The notes beneath the pieces are model-generated. The model saw only the letters and a list, made by a program, of their open reading frames with translations, was not told where the DNA came from and did no database searches. This document shows, one piece after another, positions 33,418 to 34,041 of a stretch of 34,041 nucleotides of DNA. The DNA is taken from assembly GCA_000320545.1 (NCBI GenBank), contig ADNK01002562.1, positions 1 to 34,041 on the forward strand. Direction: 5' to 3'. The stretch is from Bigelowiella natans CCMP2755 (taxonomy: Eukaryota > Protista > Cercozoa). A program made the position numbers and the translations under genes. Within the stretch, counting starts at the first letter, position 1. Each line of letters begins with the position of its first letter.

Positions 33418-34041
33418 GTTGTTCTTTGTTTTGCTCTAGTTGTAGTAGTTGAAGTAGTAGTAGTAGTAGTGGTAGTAGTAGTAGCTAGCGGGTTGTGCGA
33501 TATGAAGAAGACAACGAAGAGGATGGCAGGAGAGAAGCAGAGGCTATAGATTTTATTTTCTCAACCAATGTTGTGTAAATACGACTCCAACCTCATCTTT
33601 AGCCTCTCCCTCTCCCTCTCCCTCTCCCTCCCCCACCCCAAATTCTTCTCGTGCCAAGGCTTGGCGTCATACCTGAAGCAACCCTATTATACGATCGGAC
33701 TGAAGGTGATAAACTTGCCGCAATTTGGTGTTTTGGGGGGGGCGGGGGGGGGGTTGTTGATGATGATGATGGTGATGATGATGGTGATGATGAGGATGAT
33801 GATGAGGATGATGAGGATGATGAGGATGATGTAGCGTGTGAGAAGAATTCACTACTCAACTAGGGCCTGAGCAGTAAGGAGTCAGGAGAGGAGATGGAGA
33901 GGCTGGTGCTTTCCACTCTCACCAAAGGTCACAGTAGCAGCAGGAGCAGCATCATCGTCGTCATCGTTGTCGTAGTAGTAGTAGTAGTAGTAGTTGTTGT
34001 TGTAGTAGTAGTATATGTGTGATATGATGATATATGCGTTG
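27832..34041 (+). CDS. PreP: Presequence protease (M16C zinc metallopeptidase; PreP/PITRM1/Cym1 family), 5' part, runs off the window; bipartite plastid-type presequence
   Basis: Exons splice to HQKT|GAEILSMEKDDDNK|VFSIAFRTPVEDSK|GIPHILEHSVLCGSR (inverted HxxEH zinc motif), SSLHTFLNAMTFADR|TVYPVASQNNQ|DFYNLADVYLDSVLHP, QEGWHYEL, VVYNEMKGVYSSPD, SGGDPEAIP, FHDRYYHPSNARVFFYG and LTDSGLG. The N-terminal extension has a hydrophobic stretch (ALLGYSLLLFVASLLVLVI) followed by an R/S-rich transit-like region. Confidence 0.95.
28754..33830. repeat. Dense field of microsatellites in most PreP introns: (CT)n, (CA)n, (TA)n, (CAT)n, (GAT)n, (GAA)n, (GTA)n, poly-C/G, GCACACAA x4 (~29752), CGGCGACTA x3 (~31362), CTCCCT x4 (~33606)
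   Basis: Directly visible between the PreP exons. Confidence 0.9.
30505..30722. other. Structured ~200-bp intronic insert flanked by an 11-bp direct repeat (candidate ncRNA or small mobile element)
   Basis: GCGTGGTGCTA at 30505-30515 and 30712-30722, with four clear hairpins between them. Confidence 0.45.

Noticed and set aside
28526-33863. Many ORFs with poly-M/H/D/S, CV, ER, HT and YI runs
   Set aside because: They are translations of intronic microsatellites.
1-34041. CRISPR arrays, tRNA/rRNA genes, prokaryotic operons, autonomous transposon ORFs, introner-like repeated introns
   Set aside because: None seen: no repeat-spacer arrays, cloverleafs, RT/transposase motifs, or sequence-similar intron families beyond simple repeats.

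Overview
Eukaryotic nuclear DNA: gene-dense and intron-rich, with many microsatellites in the introns. Most entries in the ORF track are exon/intron read-throughs or repeat artefacts. The genes below were assembled by hand across GT(GC)-AG introns, so boundaries are approximate. Signal-peptide plus transit-peptide presequences on plastid-type proteins suggest an alga with a secondary plastid, most like a chlorarachniophyte such as Bigelowiella (inference). Seven genes are supported: (1) minus strand, coiled-coil + AIDA-type C2 protein with a possible C-terminal membrane anchor (~414-2872); (2) minus strand, FYVE-finger protein with a possible degenerate VPS9-like C-terminus (~3880-9739); (3) plus strand, ankyrin-repeat protein ending in CaaX-like CRTQ (10142-14209); (4) minus strand, ubiquitin-specific protease with an N-terminal CAP-Gly domain and two Tudor/MBT-like modules inside the catalytic domain (14812-19206); (5) plus strand, probably secreted Gln/Ala-rich orphan containing a cationic amphipathic peptide (19943-22614); (6) minus strand, plastid-targeted aldo/keto reductase (23788-27518); (7) plus strand, plastid-type presequence protease PreP (27832 to beyond the window end). 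Genes 2/3, 4/5 and 6/7 are head-to-head pairs. A 424-bp MITE with CACAG termini lies at 23063-23486. Several hairpin-dense non-coding segments are unexplained (3578-3756, 26030-26215, 30505-30722).
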